Positions 1 to 14,900 of a stretch of DNA of 64,000 nt are shown piece by piece (position 1 is the first letter of the stretch; every line of letters begins with the position of its first letter). Source of the stretch: Raillietiella orientalis (lineage: Eukaryota); the NCBI GenBank assembly GCA_036172245.1, contig JAYWIR010000011.1, positions 2,852,001-2,916,000 of the forward strand, given 5' to 3'. The notes below the pieces were generated by a model that had not been told where the DNA came from, ran no database searches, and was given only the letters and a program-made list of their open reading frames with translations. A program made the translations under genes and the position numbers.

Positions 1-984
1 CGCCTAACGGATTGAAACCTCGAATTCTAGAGGATTGATCTCCCCTCCTCCGTCGCCATTCGGGATCTCGCCGGTAGATGCTTCGCGCTCGTTTGGAGTG
101 GTTTGTGTTGCGCATCCATGGAGGAACATCGTTTGCCTGGGTTTTACCATGCCAGACGTACTTTCCTGAAAGGTGCTCGTTTCGCGTCGTCAAGATTCCT
201 GGGTTCCATAAGTGCTTGGGGCGTATTCTTAGGAAATAGGTGTGAGTCGACCCACTGCAACTACTGTTACCGCTCGTGCATTATCTGCGCACTGAACACG
301 AATCTGAGAACAGGAAAGGGTCGAGTCAGCAACAAAGGGTCTTTTGGACCATTTGGTCTTTTGGATTATTTGGATGTGGAAGGATAGGTTGGTTCGGTTT
401 ACGTATGATCTGCGAAGTTTGTGTGGGCTGCTCAAGCCAGCCTAGCAGAGAATGTGTGTGTGCTCGAGATTGGTATTCCCTTAGGAGGGTTCCGTTCCAA
501 GAAGCTGCCTCTGCTGCCGTATTTCGGTTGTGGGGACTTTGGAGACTTCCGGATCCCATCCGGCTATCCTCTGGTTACGTTAAGCGTACCTAGAAACAAG
601 CCTTATATCCACATAGCAGCAGGAAAAAGTTTTGAAACGGCAACACGCTATTTGTTTTTGTTTTTCGGAGGTGTCTCTACACCGTTCTAGAAGAAGAAAA
701 GAAAAAAAAAATCCGATATCCAGAGACTCTTGTAAAGATTTCCTTTTTTTCTTGAGACCTTTGTTTCTCTATTTTCGAACATGTCGTAAAGGATGACTAA
801 GGGCTCAAGCGTGCCCAACCCTTTGACGTATAAACCGGCGAAACGAGCCAGTTGACTCGGCTACTATCACAACTTTCTGCACTCTAGCTAGACGCCAGAA
901 TAAAAGACGAACTGCTTTCTTGCACTTGGTCTTGTGCCATCTCTGTTACACCGTTATACATTTCATCATAAATAATTCGGACCG

Positions 985-1004
985 AGCTGCGAGTACTCGC
1001 AGCT
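985..1004. repeat. Perfect 20-bp palindrome with no spacer
   Basis: AGCTGCGAGT|ACTCGCAGCT is its own reverse complement. Confidence 0.9.
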
Positions 1005-4000
1005 TTGTGCGTACAACAAAAACGACACTCATCTTTATTTAAGAGAAAGAAGTAGGGAAGCATGCGTCCTACGACTGCAGTCTCTCACTCACTGATTCCC
1101 CGTGCACTGACTCAGTTGCTCTGGGATCTTGGTTCAGAACCTTATACTTCCATCCTTCCGATCCACCATCCCGCAAATTCATCACGTTTGCAATCGGCGG
1201 ATCTCCGCACACGTGCCACATGTTGCCAAGCAAAAGGGCAACGCGAACCTGAGATGCTGGCCGAAGCCAGATGCTGAACAGCGCCTGCAGCAGCAGGTGA
1301 TGCTGTCGAAGGAAAGATCCGAGGAGCTTGGATCCGCGGCCCGGCACATGGGGAACGGCATTTCGATCTCTCCCTCTGTACGTGGGTTCACCGATGAGGG
1401 AAGGACACATCTGCTCAGGCTGCGCGCCAGCTCTCACGCCGGTGGTCTTTCAGTGCGATTTCGGAACTTCCGAGCGCCAGCAAACACACTGCACATGCAT
1501 CAACTCCTTCAAAGTAACGGAAGCGAACGTCGCTCCAGAAATCTGAAAGGACCATCCTCCGCGTACGGGTGAGGGAGGAATAAGGAATTCGTGCGCCCAA
1601 TGGCTGTAAAAAAACGCGGTTAGCAACGGTTCGTTTACCCAGGCAGCAATGATTCATTCGTACACCACCGATGGCGGCCACATCAGTGCCTACTTCATGA
1701 GCAGGCCTGCACCTACATTCTGGATCTATTGAGTCCCTCTGGAAAAAGGAGTCGAGAAAACCACAGCGGTAGTGGAAAAAAGATTGCAGTGTGCAGGGGG
1801 AAAAAAAAAAAAAAAAAAAAAAAGCAGCAACACCAACAACTACTTTAACAACACCTGACTGAATAAGCTGGTGGTTAATGGTTACTTACAAACTGCCGCT
1901 GCGCAGACGTGATTCAACATGATCTACTTCACCTTCCCCACGTTCACAGTCAGTCCCGCCGACCAACTGAAAATCTACTGCTTTAACATCCACAAGCATT
2001 TGGACCAGGCAAGTTTTCCCACTGATGCGTCTTTTTTTTTTTTTTTTTTCCTTTTTCCCTGCTGGAATCCTGGCCAGCACCTAAATTTCGTTCGTTCCAC
2101 TTGAAATCAATCGTGACTTCGACTGCACATTTTACATCGAGAATTCCCTGCCTATTCCATGCAGCCGAATTGCGAATCAACGTCGGAACGTATTCACAGA
2201 ATCCTCACAACGGTGTGAAGCGTAGAAATCACTGTGAAGAGGAACTTGGCTGCCTCGTTTTCTGAGCTGCACCGCAGTCACACCTCCGGCGTTGCACAGC
2301 CCGAGCGCCCTTGCTCGCTTCCAAAAGGCCCACACTTCTTGTGCAATTCACTGAAAGTAGATTTCGCAGACACAACCCTAAAGACGGAGCTTCTGCTTTC
2401 GCTAGGCGCATAAAATTATCCCTAATCACTGAGGCTGCAATGAAAAGCAGCGCAAGATGCATTCGCAATTAAGTGGACAAGAGTAATGGGTGCTTAACTT
2501 GGGAAACACCACCCCTCCTACAAAAGCGAAAGAGTGGGCCTCTTGAGACGTTGCTGTCCTTTGTGAAAGCACTTCTTACATCAGCACCAAGCCATTATGA
2601 ACCGAAACATCAGGGTTTTGTGTGCTCGCATTACCTCCATGTTAAATGAAATTCAGGTTCTCAAACGTATCCACACAAAGCAAACGACCCCCATATTCTT
2701 CTCAATACGGACGGAGCATTTAGATCGCCTCCTCTATTCCGAGGGTTCCGACTCGAGTGAACTTTACGGCACTTCCCCCTAAGTGGGAACCAGGGGTCTT
2801 ATACAAAGCAACCAAGTTTAGGGGGGGGGGGGCGGAGGGGGGCCTTTGTTCGTCTCGAGCGTCTTCCAGGGACGGTTCGCTCTTGATACAGAATTCCTGA
2901 AAATCGAAACTTCTTTGCTTCCGCTGCTTGGGAAACCAGTTCCCTTAGCAGCTGTCCGCCGACTCCTGTATAAATGACGCCGAAGTACTGCTTGGAGCTC
3001 AGGAGAAACCGCCTGGAAGCCCAAACGGGGAAGGTCTGCCGTGATTTTTGTCCGGCACTTGTCTTCGTCCGACTTGGCACGCAGCGCTTCCGGGAGACGG
3101 GAAACCACGGGAACCGGATTCCCTGAAGCGGGGAAAGTTCCACCGGTCGCGACTTGGACGTTTCGGTTAAATCAGAGGGACGCTGACGTGTGGGGCTTTG
3201 AATTGAGTTAACTGCACCGATGCACACGCACTTGGCAAACTTTACATCTTTGCCGTAACAAGAAGCTGCCGAGAAGCACATCAGGAAACGATGGTGATGA
3301 TTTAGGAATTGGTAACGGTTTCTACATTACGACGACCTGACTGAGACCCAAGTCGGAATTTTCTTCACCTCCTATTACTGTCTTCCATTAATCTTCCTTT
3401 GCAGTTTCGGGTTACGAATTGTAATGAAATCTCCTCCTACACAACTAGCACCTTAGTTCCCGTGCTAACGTGTTCCTAAAATAATCAGACTGAGAATTTT
3501 AAAGCTTTTTCTGCTACATCCTTGAATAGGTCGATTCATTAACATGTGAAATCTCATTACACATCTACAGGTATCGAGGAAAACCAGAAATCCTCCCCCC
3601 CCTCCCCTCCCACGGGCCTGACTCGTAACGTGTAATTAATTGGAAATGTTACAACGAGCACCAAAGGTCGCTTCTGGCGTTTTCAAGACAAAGATTACTG
3701 CCGATAAAGTATTTCATGTTCCCGAAATACCCTCTAAAATCCTGGGATTTCGTTCCACTTGGAACTTCACAAAATGTCTTACACAATTGACACCCAGATG
3801 TCATTCAATCAAGAATTCTCTTATGCCATTTTGCATTTATATGCCATGACTCGCTTACGTACTTTCCACTACCTAAGATGACAACAACGAAAAAATACCC
3901 CAAGCAAAACGCATGCAACTTTATGGGAGGGTGGGGAGACTGCATGGTGTAAGTATTCACTGTTCCTAATTTACAATGAAGAGTCGATATTGCCTTAGAG

Positions 4001-5334
4001 AATGCACCAGAAAAGCGATACATTTAAGAGTAATTGCGATAAGCATTAATGCAGACGATGGGCAGAAGGCAGTCAGTCTTACAAACAGTAAAAACATTTT
4101 ATTACACTCGTAAAACTTTTCGTTATCCTCCCCGTAATCATTCGAACAATTCCAATCATCGCAGAAAACCGAATCGAAATGATACCAGCGGCGAAAGAAC
4201 TCCATAAATGTGAGAACAATAAAAAAAAGGAGGAAGAAAAGAGGTACTCCTACCACCACCGAAGAAAGCAGGCAGGCAGACAGACGAAATGGCCAATTAC
4301 GGAGGCGACCATGAAGCAATGCTGCCGGAATGCAACGAGAGTACAGTTCAGACCGACAGTAAGAAGGTACACCAACGTACAAGACGTCCCACCACGCAGA
4401 CGAACGAAGGTGCTGCTGTGTACGATTTCTTCTTTTTCTGTCAACGTGTCTTCGGCAACGGGGAAAGTCGCTGCACCCACAACCGCTCCGCGAGCTCCTT
4501 ACCAAGCCGGTGGCAGGTCGCGCCGGTGGACCGAAGGAACCAACACGGGTCACGAGCGACTCGTGAGGCCCACAGGGTGGACACGATGCGAGCCAGAAAA
4601 CGGCTTTCGCGCTGCTGGAATTGAGATTTGCTTCGGGAGCCATTCGAGGAAACGGCTGAGAGCACACTCTTCACTTTTCGACACGGTTTCCGGCAACACG
4701 AAATCCGGTGCCGACCACAGCATCCATCTCCGCCCCTCCATGGAAACCGGCAACGTAATGAATGAATGAATGAATGTGGGTTTCGAAAAGGTTCTACTTT
4801 CGCAGAACACAGCAAATACGCTTCTATCACGGAGGAAAAGGAAAAACCTTAATGATGGCTGTTTGTTTCAAATGGATATTCCAACAAGCTGCCGGAAAAA
4901 GGAAAAAACAAAACAATCGCGGGACTCATCCCTCGAATAAAACAAATACATTGCATTGGATTTCAAACTTCATCCTTGGCATATGGGACTTGTGCGAGCT
5001 GCTGATGGTCCTTTGCTATTCGCACCTGCAAATACGCTGCATTATAATTGTCATTTCGTTGGATGGGCGCTCGAATACGAATCGGGGAGGGCACGATCGT
5101 GAATAACTGATGGACAGAATATCTTGGGAAAATTCCAAAGGAAAAGTTGTACAGGGTCGGCAAATCCCTCCGATACGGAAATTGCAACACGGCAACATGG
5201 AACAGAGTTTGGGACCAGTATCCACACATTGATGGCAGCAGCATCTGTAAAACACTTCTATAAATGGAAGATGTAACGAGGCGTTTAATATTCTCTTGCG
5301 CTCATATCGTGAAATTGGGATTCATGGCAATGAG

Positions 5335-8300
5335 CTAGGAATTTACATGCTGACTTTTGATTTTTTTACTGCGTCCTATGTAACAGGAGTAATGGAAAAC
5401 ATCACCACCTTGATGCCACACAAAAGCACTGGAACAAAAGTTACGTACATCAAAAATATTTCATGCGAAATACCTATCATCCCGAAATTTTTTGCCACAT
5501 GTGTAACATACGTTAGTTTCCGTGACCACAATCTTTTTGGATTGGGCCATGATACAATACTGCTGTATTTGCATAAACTGTGAAAACTTCAAATTTTTTA
5601 GTATCTGCTGTCTTCTTCTTTCCTTGAGTACTTTGCATATACAACTCTCAATAAATTTCTTCAATGCACTTAAGCTTATGTCAGAAGGGAATAGTGGAAG
5701 TGCCTAGAAAATGCTGATACAATGTAAGATATCTGGAACACCTACTTTCACGGGATTAATATAAGTAATAAAATGCTGCAAAAAACAAATTGCTCCATCA
5801 ATATCTGGCTCCAGGTGCTTCATGTGAGCACTCAAAATGCCAAGGATATCACTATCACTAGTAGGTGGATGTAAATACAGCTTGAGCAAAAAGAAGTATA
5901 CCTTTATATGGCATATCAAAGTTTAATTAAAATTATGGATACATACATCCTTCCCCTCAGTCATCAAATTGTAGTGAGCATGGCAATAATGTAATGCTTT
6001 GGTCTTGTCTCCTAACATACAATAATAAATTGCCAGTGCATGTTCGTGCTGACCAAGACGACCAAGTAAGATTGCTCTTTCCTCATACAGACCTGAAACA
6101 ATATACATGCAAAAACATTAGTTATACTTACTGTCATGAGGTAGTAACACTAACGCATTTTCAGCACTATAGTGACAAGAAACGTGAAGGAATGTTTGAA
6201 AACGTTCTTGCAACTGTTTTTTATTGTTAGGTTCACAAGACTCATCAGTAAGTGCTTCTTTATAGCATCTGATCAAAAAATTATGGGAGAAAGGATCAGT
6301 ATCTTCTAATATGTAAATGACATGTTCCTACTACACATCTTGAATGAAAATTTCGCTACCGTTACTCACCAAGTATGGAATTAACAGCGAAGGTTGTACT
6401 TTTAATAGAAAATCTACAACTCTGCGGTGCGGAAGTTGCTCTACTTCTTGAATGTCATCAACAAATATTCTTAGACCTTCCTCTCCGATTTTATGCAGAA
6501 TTGGAGTTGCAAATTCAAAAATCAAATCGATATAATCAGGGCCTTAAATTATGTTGTTTATGTTTATCCTAATTTATGGATGAATTTCACCTAAGTTTTG
6601 TAAATAGCGAATTGTTTCTTCACAATCCCAGTCACCATGCTCCTTATGTTTCTGAATTAACTCTAAAGCCTTGCGATGAAGTTTCTTCATTTTATATAGA
6701 ATAACAAGTTCGTTGAACTTTTTCCACTTTTTGAGTACTCTTTCTGTTTCTTCTAAATGGCAGAAATTTTCAGGCAAGCGCAGAAGGGGTGCAACAAGGG
6801 CATCTGTGGTCTTTAAAATAACAAGCAGCACATTGATAACAAAACCATAGATAAAGGAGTGAACAACAAACCATTATAGTTTTTATTAATTGCAACAAAA
6901 AAAACTGAAAATTACACCACCATTGCAATCATAAACGGTAATGGATAAATGATGCAGGAAACTAAATCTAAATCTAAATCTGATTTTCAAAGCATTCAAT
7001 AACCTAAATGTGAATTCCCTAACAGTAATTATTTATGGATTGCTTAAATCGACTTTTTTCTTGATTAGGTCGAGGCTATTTCTCAAAACATCGATTTTTC
7101 TGCGATTTCTTGAAATTCACAATTGCAAATGAATATGAATTAACGTCAGTGACTAAACCTAATCCCCAAAAGCTTTGCAGAACCATCTGTATTCTGCACC
7201 CAGTGCTAACAAAAGCATTCTGAACAATTTTTGCCCAACATTCTGAACATTCTGAAAAATAAGTCAAATAATGAAAAATAAACGATGTTAGAACAATACA
7301 ATACTCTATACACGACTAATATGAGTCGCTCATTCTATGCTTTAAAAGTGAATTGTAAGAAAAAAAGACTCAGACATACCATTAGAAAAAATAGGCTCGT
7401 TTACTTTCTCAGAAAATCCACTGTACCAGTAATCAGCTTACAGGAATACTATTTTGGTTAACGATTATGCAAGCCAATGCATAAAGTAAGCATCAAATTA
7501 CAGTAAGCGTTGAATAATATTCCTACATACAACAATCACGTGATGGCAAAGAATAAGCACAATATCCCAAACTGAAATTTTGAAGAAATTTGAAAAATTT
7601 GAATCAGGCATGATAAAATGGAGCAATCTTTCATCTAGGCAATACCAAGTAATAATGAAAGACATTAAGTTTTGATTATTCGGCAAAAACACCCTGCTTG
7701 ACCAGCAGCTGAAACCAAACAATTCAGATTACTATAAAACATAAAAGTACTGGAACCATCACTTGGATGCCCTACGTTAAATTCAAAGTAAATCAATAAC
7801 ACTGCAAAAATGCCCTAACCAACAATTTGCAGCGATAGACCTCCAAAGCAAATGTAAATTGTGGAGACCATAGTTTAGTACTGAAGATGAACAGTAGCAA
7901 CAAACTGTAGCGATGGAAATCTTTTTCTACTTTTGCAAGCATAACCACACAGGCTACAACTGTTTGAGACTCACCCCCTTCCTAACTTTAATTAGCGAAA
8001 TCATCTAAACCACGTAATTCCTTAAAGTGCTGTATCAACTTGTGAAAATGAAATGACAAATTCAACAAACCTTTCTGAGATAAATTGCATACTGACCACA
8101 ATTCTACCACAGACTATCTTCAAACATGTACCACGGTACACAATGTATCGATTGTCGTATTGCAATTGCCTTCAGCAACAATATCATATAATACTAATGC
8201 AAAGCATGCTAAGGAGCTAAAAATGAAAATTACACAATAATTCCAAAGTTCATTCAATTATTGCTTCTATTTCAATTCACAAATTTGGTGTACTACTGAT

Positions 8301-11300
8301 TAAAGAAAAAACACGCCTATTCTAGACAAAATAATGGAAGCACATCTGAAGAATTACTTCATATTTTCAAGCATGTAATTAATGTTTACAATATTCATTG
8401 GATCAGGCATATCTACAGCATGACACAAAAGTTTAAAGGCACAAAGGTATAAAATTACAAAATGATTTTTGGTTTCTTTGAATTCATATTCGAGATGTGT
8501 AATTTCTGAATATAATACAGGAAACAAAACTTGCCTCTTTAGAAACAGAGTATTTTGACAACATACCTGCTCAAAGTTGTCACATATTTCACACACAAAC
8601 ACAAATATGCTAGAACTATAAACTAGACAACTATGACTATGAACTATAATTAAAGCTAAAACTATAAGTATATCCACAGAACTATCACGAAAAACCCAAA
8701 TTAGCATGTAAGATATCCTCATAATTTCATCTTAAATTTCCTCATTTCAAGGAAATGATGAAACATTAGAAATATGTTACATATTCATTAAGGTTTTACA
8801 CAAAAATAACAGTAATACAATGGAAAAGAGGCATGAAGTTTTTTACTGCAAAGGAAAATCTGAATATCAGGGGAACACACATGAGGGCAACAATCCTGTT
8901 GAGAATTTTATCAACTAGAGTGTGTAATTCGTGCACTGCAGTGAGAATTCCAATGCAAACTTTGATGCGACATTTTCTCCCATCAGCTATACAAGGGTTC
9001 TAATTAATTCGTGAATTTATTTTCACTTTATATAATCTGAGAAACAGTGATTTAATTATTTATGTCTACTTGCAGGAAAAACTCAATACAATTATTAGAA
9101 ACTATACACCACATACAGTGACTGGCACAACTCCTAATTGTACATTTTGAACAATGATACAATCCCAGTTCTGGAGTTATTTGATTAAGTAAAGTGCGTT
9201 GTATAACTCTTGTAAAAAGCCCATTATTTCCATGCAAAGATCAGTTCTAATTCATTTTTGCATCTTCCCTGTATCTAGAATTCAAAGGAAATTGAGAACA
9301 CAAAAGATAATGATTAAAGTGTCAAAATGAAATCCCATAAGCTATGAAAGTTGTACTGGAGTAATCTTGCAAGCAAACCTAAGTATTCCATAATAATGCA
9401 CCCATATGGATTTGTTTTTTAAACTGCACATCAACAGCAAGTGAAATAATTTTTACACACATGTAAAAAGCCATCTGTCTAACAGGTTAGACAGATGGCT
9501 CATTGATTCTATCAATCCTTCCAATTTCCAGATACTAAATACTCATTCACAACTGAATTCTTTATGGAAAACACGGTGCTGCATTAAGAAAGAATTCATT
9601 GCTTAGCAGCTAAAAGAAAAATCCTATACAATTAATAAAGTCAAGGAAGCAAGCAACAAGGAAACAAATAAAGAAATCATTGTAAAAAATAAATACGAAC
9701 AATGCACAAATTAATTGCATGAAAACTTTACCAACAGATCACTTCAGAGTTATCAATAGATTGAAATCAATATTTCAACAACCGAAATTTGAAGTGCCTA
9801 AACTTGGATAAGTGAATGCACTAATTATGTAGACAGCCAATACCAAATGAAAGACAACAAACCTGTAAATAGCACTTTATCAGGGTTGTATCTATGATCT
9901 GCAGCAAGCGATGCTTCGTCTCTGTTGCAGAATTTCTAGCAATAGTAGAAGTTGTTTGAAATTTTTTTGAAGTTTCACATAGCAATTCATGCCTAACCTG
10001 GACAAAGTCAAGAAATAAAATTTAATACTAACAAATTACAAACCTTTGTTAAATATTCAATTAAACAAAGAAAACTTTGTTCCAAATCAGCTGGTTTTAA
10101 ATCAGGTAAATTTTCTGGGCAATCTAACTGATTTCTAAATTCATGAGGCAAAAGATTGGGAAGAAGTCCTATAACCTGGGATGGATCTGAATGTAAATTA
10201 GAATATAAAGCATATTCCGTACACACCATACAAAATAAAAGAATTAATATCAATAGAATGCAAGCAATTATGAATGCAATTTTTAAAGTTGGTCTAGTTG
10301 AACTTTGTTTATAACAGTGAACTCTCAATATATAAAAATTGAAACATATACAAGACTGTATGTTTTACTAAACAAGACACTAAACAAGCACATCACCAAG
10401 TACACCTCTAATTGCATACATATATAAATTAATAAAAAAAGATATATGCATGGCTGAAAAACAACAAACTTTTGAACCAACCTGTTTCCAACTCGAAAAA
10501 TAAATCCATAGATTCCTTGAATTTTTTTCTGTGAAACAAATCGAATGCAAGGAGGTTCTGAATGTGTCGAATGTGATGATCTCGATCCACAGCAGTATTC
10601 TCTGGAATATTCTAGGAAGAAACAAAATACTGGAATGCAACAAGCATATTACTTACACAAACTTCCAAGGCTAACTTAAACTGCTTATCTTTGAGAAGGA
10701 CACCAAGTTGCTGATCAATTGGTACTCTCTGCAAGCACCAAACATGACTCACAGATGCCACAAAAGCATAACCACTCTTGCAAAGAGACAACATACGTGG
10801 TTTGGGCTTATCAAATTCTAGGGTCTGAATTAACAAATGAGGATCCCTAGATCTGATTTCTATACATTCTGCAAGAATACCAATCAAATATGGTGGATCA
10901 TAATCTGCAATATGTTTAGAAAGAAGAGCACAAGGTTAGACAAACCTAAAAGCAATGGGGACTCAGACCATGTTATATATTTCTGAGTTGGTTGACCATT
11001 CCCTACAAAAAACACAGACTGTTTGCCAATTCCTAGTGATAACTCATTGTCAGATATTTTTGAAATACGAGGTTCACATTGTTTATCAATAGGAAACAGT
11101 TCCTTCCGTTCACCTTTTACCTGACAATGAAATACAATATTTTTTTTTTCTGGGAGACAAATGCTACTAACTGTGTACGTGCAATATTCTCCTTTGAATC
11201 CTACAAAAACGCATTCTTTGACCCATGCTATTGTCCTGGGTATATCAATCAAAGTTATGTCTCCATAAAGCAGATGCAAAGTTTTGTGTGCACAATAATA

Positions 11301-11902
11301 AAACTGCAGCTTTTTCCCGACAACTACACATATTCGCAATGTTATGTTTACTTCCCCAGATGAAGATTCTTGCTCCTAAAATAAACTACTAGTTTAAAAC
11401 TTTGCAATGATATATGAAACGAACACTAAACTTGCCTGCAAATCACAAGAGAAATCAGTAGCACCTTTTGTATTTTCAGAACTACATAAGAGTGGAAAGT
11501 TGAACACTGACATATCATGGAGGCACACTATGTTGTCTAAATGTAATAGTTACATTTAAGTAAAATACAGTGCACTCACCAGATAAACTCACTAAAATTT
11601 GGTGTTCTGGTACAGGATGCAATTTTGTTACAGATTTTTTGGAGAAGTATTTATTTGAACGAAGAAGCTGGACATCATACTTTTGATTACCTTGTCCATG
11701 ATCAGCATATATTCCATACATGAGTAGATGACCATCCTTGGTTCCTATCAATAAATTTAGTTCTTTATCTGTATCTGTAATACATAAATAAACTATGATA
11801 TGTCACATTTAAAGCTTATCTACACTTACCAAAACTTGCTATTGCTTCAATTTGAAGAGGTAGTTTTTCAAGTACCGGAAGTGTTTTATAGACATCATGC
11901 AT
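5335..11902 (-). CDS. VPS39: Vam6/Vps39-like HOPS complex subunit (CNH domain, Vps39 domains, C-terminal Zn-finger-like tail), about 16 coding exons
   Basis: Manual splicing starts MHDVYKTLPVLEKLPLQIEAIASF, resembling the Vps39 start MHDAFEPVPILEKLPLQI. Further matches: LLIGTKDGHLLMY, LLQIIDTTLIKCYLQ|TTDALVAPLLRLPENFCHLEETERVLKK, LYEERAILLGRLGQHEHAL and CYTCGKKFRDDSAFVWHQGGDVFHYSC. ATG at 11902-11900, TAG at 5337-5335. One long intron (6811-9862) and one GC-AG intron (11376-11435). Confidence 0.95.
9469..9500. repeat. Perfect inverted repeat, 15-bp arms, 2-nt spacer, inside the long Vps39 intron
   Basis: AGCCATCTGTCTAAC-AG-GTTAGACAGATGGCT. Confidence 0.92.
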
Positions 11903-14900
11903 TGTACCATGTCTTTTGAAAGACTATCACTGACACAATCAATATAAAACATAAATGAACAGAATACAGATTTCCATCTTTAAATGGCCATGTACTGAAA
12001 TATGGACTACAGTGTTTGTTTACAAAAGTACTCGTTACAATCTTCAAGTCGTACGTTTCATATTATAAAAAAACAAAATTATAGTAAATTTAAGATGCAC
12101 AAATTAGCACTGCAGCAAAAATTCGGTGACACAAGAATCAATTTCAATAGAAGCGATACAAAACTGCAAGGATGAGATCATTTAGAGTGTCTACAGTTTT
12201 ATGCACATAAAAGACACCTGCAATACCACATATGCTGCAGTGGCACACACAACGAGTGATAAAGTAATAAAAAAAAATGCACAAACAAATATGAGAACTA
12301 AATGCTCTGGAACCACTTGTTAATTTTCCTACATATTACGATTACTACGCAGAACAGCAAAGTGATTTCTCAAGAATTAACGCGGATAGGTGATCCAAAC
12401 TTGAATGTTAAATTTGCTTTCTACATTTCACTTTCAATTTGATACGATAACTGATGACTGCCACATACAAAGTGCTGCTATCACAAGCATACCCATGACT
12501 TCACCAAGAAATCCTGATGGAAGCACCAAAGTACTGATAACTATCTTGCGAAATTTTATTTCGTTTTTATCTTTTCTGTCAAATAACAAACTCTGCTACC
12601 CCATAACCCACGGCATGGCGCAGCTTTGGGCACACAGTTTGGATCACTTCGTGCCGAGCATTCAGCTGATTGCGCCTTTCCCGGTCACCGCGGATCAACA
12701 GGAATTCAGTGCACTTTTGCACGAAAAATAGGCTCCTATCCGATCCCAACACGGACTTTCCTGGACGCATATCAAAATTGCACAAAAGAAAAAAAACACA
12801 GTCCACTTGTGGATGCACAGTAGCAATTCTGACTTGTCGACGAAAAAAAGAAAAAGGAAAACGGAATTTCAGGATGCTTTCGAAATAGCAGCGATGAGAG
12901 TCTGCATCCCAGTGGCAAATTTACAATCCCATTTTGCACTTCGGACAACTATTCTGAATCCTGGTTTCATATTCAAACTTGAACTACGTCAACCTCTTAT
13001 CAAAGCAAAAAGAAACTTTCCCCTTTAAATATACTGAAGGAAAGCTAAGAACGCATTAATAGTTCTTTCCAAAATTTGTGCATATTATTGCTTGATGGAG
13101 ATTCATCAACTTCAGGGATTGAGTTTTAGATCTGGCTTTAATCGTAGTGATCAACAACTATTGAATTTCCTAATTAAAACTTTTCAAACTAAGTGATCAA
13201 CATTTAAGTGTTGTAATACATCGTCAAAAGTTCCCCAATCTAGTGAAAGTCTTTTTGCATAGTTCCTTGATCTTTTCGGAACAGTGGCGAAGACCTCCAA
13301 GGTATCTTAATGCAAAGAAAATCAGATTTCAAAGTCAGAATTTTTGAAAAACTAAGCGTTTTGAGTTATCCCTTGAGATTTATCCTTTCCAGTAGAGGAG
13401 GAAAAAAAATCTCATCATACATGTCGAAAAACATATTCTTTTCTATCAAAAATGCAGTTATTCGTTTGAAGGGGAGGCATCTATTAAATGAAGAATAAAT
13501 GCAAAAATGAAGGAAAAACTAACTCTGAACTTGGACACTTTTTCATAGTTGAATGTTTCTCCCCGAGTGCCTATATATACTCAAAAGAAAGGTTTACTTC
13601 TCTGCTTGAAGGATGAGCGAGAAATGTTTCTCCACGGTTAGCATCTGACCAACTTATTTGAAAAAAAAAAAAAAAGATACGTGCCATGTGGTAAGAATGT
13701 TTTATCCGAAAAACTTTAAATAATTTTGTTTTTGAGGATGGAGCTTAATGAAATTCATTATTTTCACAGTATCACAATGAACTTTTATTCTCTCTTATAC
13801 CCTTTGCCCTTTGTAAATTTGATGGAGAATTATACAGTGTCTCTCTCATTAGTATGCTGCATACCTTTCTGAGGACTTATCTAAGTGCTCATTTCACGAA
13901 TGCACCATTTCTACTTCACATGCCGAACAATAAAAGTACTTGAGCTGGAAAAGTCCTACATCAGTCGAAAGCTAACGCCTGATGGAGGAGTTCATTGCTT
14001 AAGTAATTTCAGGAACAGAATTTCTTCTTAATATCAGCAGCTAATAGAAACTGTGTCATGCCTGAGATGCCTATCAACCATAAAGGAGATTGTGCATTTC
14101 TTGCTTCATTGAATAAGTATCAAACGCCTACGGAATTTTCAAGCAGGTCCACTGTCTTTTCACTGTTAACAGAAAAGAATACTTTCAGAGGTCTCAACAC
14201 TTATATTACTGTGTCTGGTTTTGTCATTTTTGTTGCAAATGGCAATTTACTTCTGCGAATACCGCTCTAGGTGTGCAATCAGATGGCACACCTAGAAAAA
14301 ATGTCTCTTCGATGGCACGATTACCTTTGATTATGATTCCATTACTTCCCTCAATTTCTGCTCACATTAAAGAAAATGTCTGTATGCACATGTTTAGAAT
14401 GCTTAGCAGCTGAGTAGTTGGATTGCATTGTGGCAAAAGTAGAATATAAAACATACTTATCTACAAAAATCCATTTATTGCGTGCTTCTTTTTTTTTTAT
14501 TATCTTGCAACATGAATTTTCCTTGATCATTCTTGTGTATGACATTCACAAATTTCACCTTTCACACATATTTTATATCCATTTGTATGATAGAATATTC
14601 GTTATACAGTAGCTAAGCAACTTTGCTCTCCTGCTGTGTCCTGAAATTCATTCAATAATACTGTATAGGAAAAAAGTACAGAAGTACGAAAATCGCTAAA
14701 TTCTGATTCAGATGACTATACAATTCCACTCTGTATGTTATCGTGTATCTGCAATTCCCGAGCAACAGCATATGGCTGATGTGATGCAGTGACCTGTGTG
14801 TACGTTTATGGTCCTCTCTTGCAAACTAAAAAAAACATCAGCCATGCTTGTTTCATTGCATTGCAAAATTGCTATCTGTTAGACGTCATTTGTCCTGTCT

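Noticed and set aside
3966..4830. Stack of 110-233 aa overlapping ORFs on both strands
   Set aside because: GC-rich, stop-poor sequence with no recognisable domain or consistent splice model.
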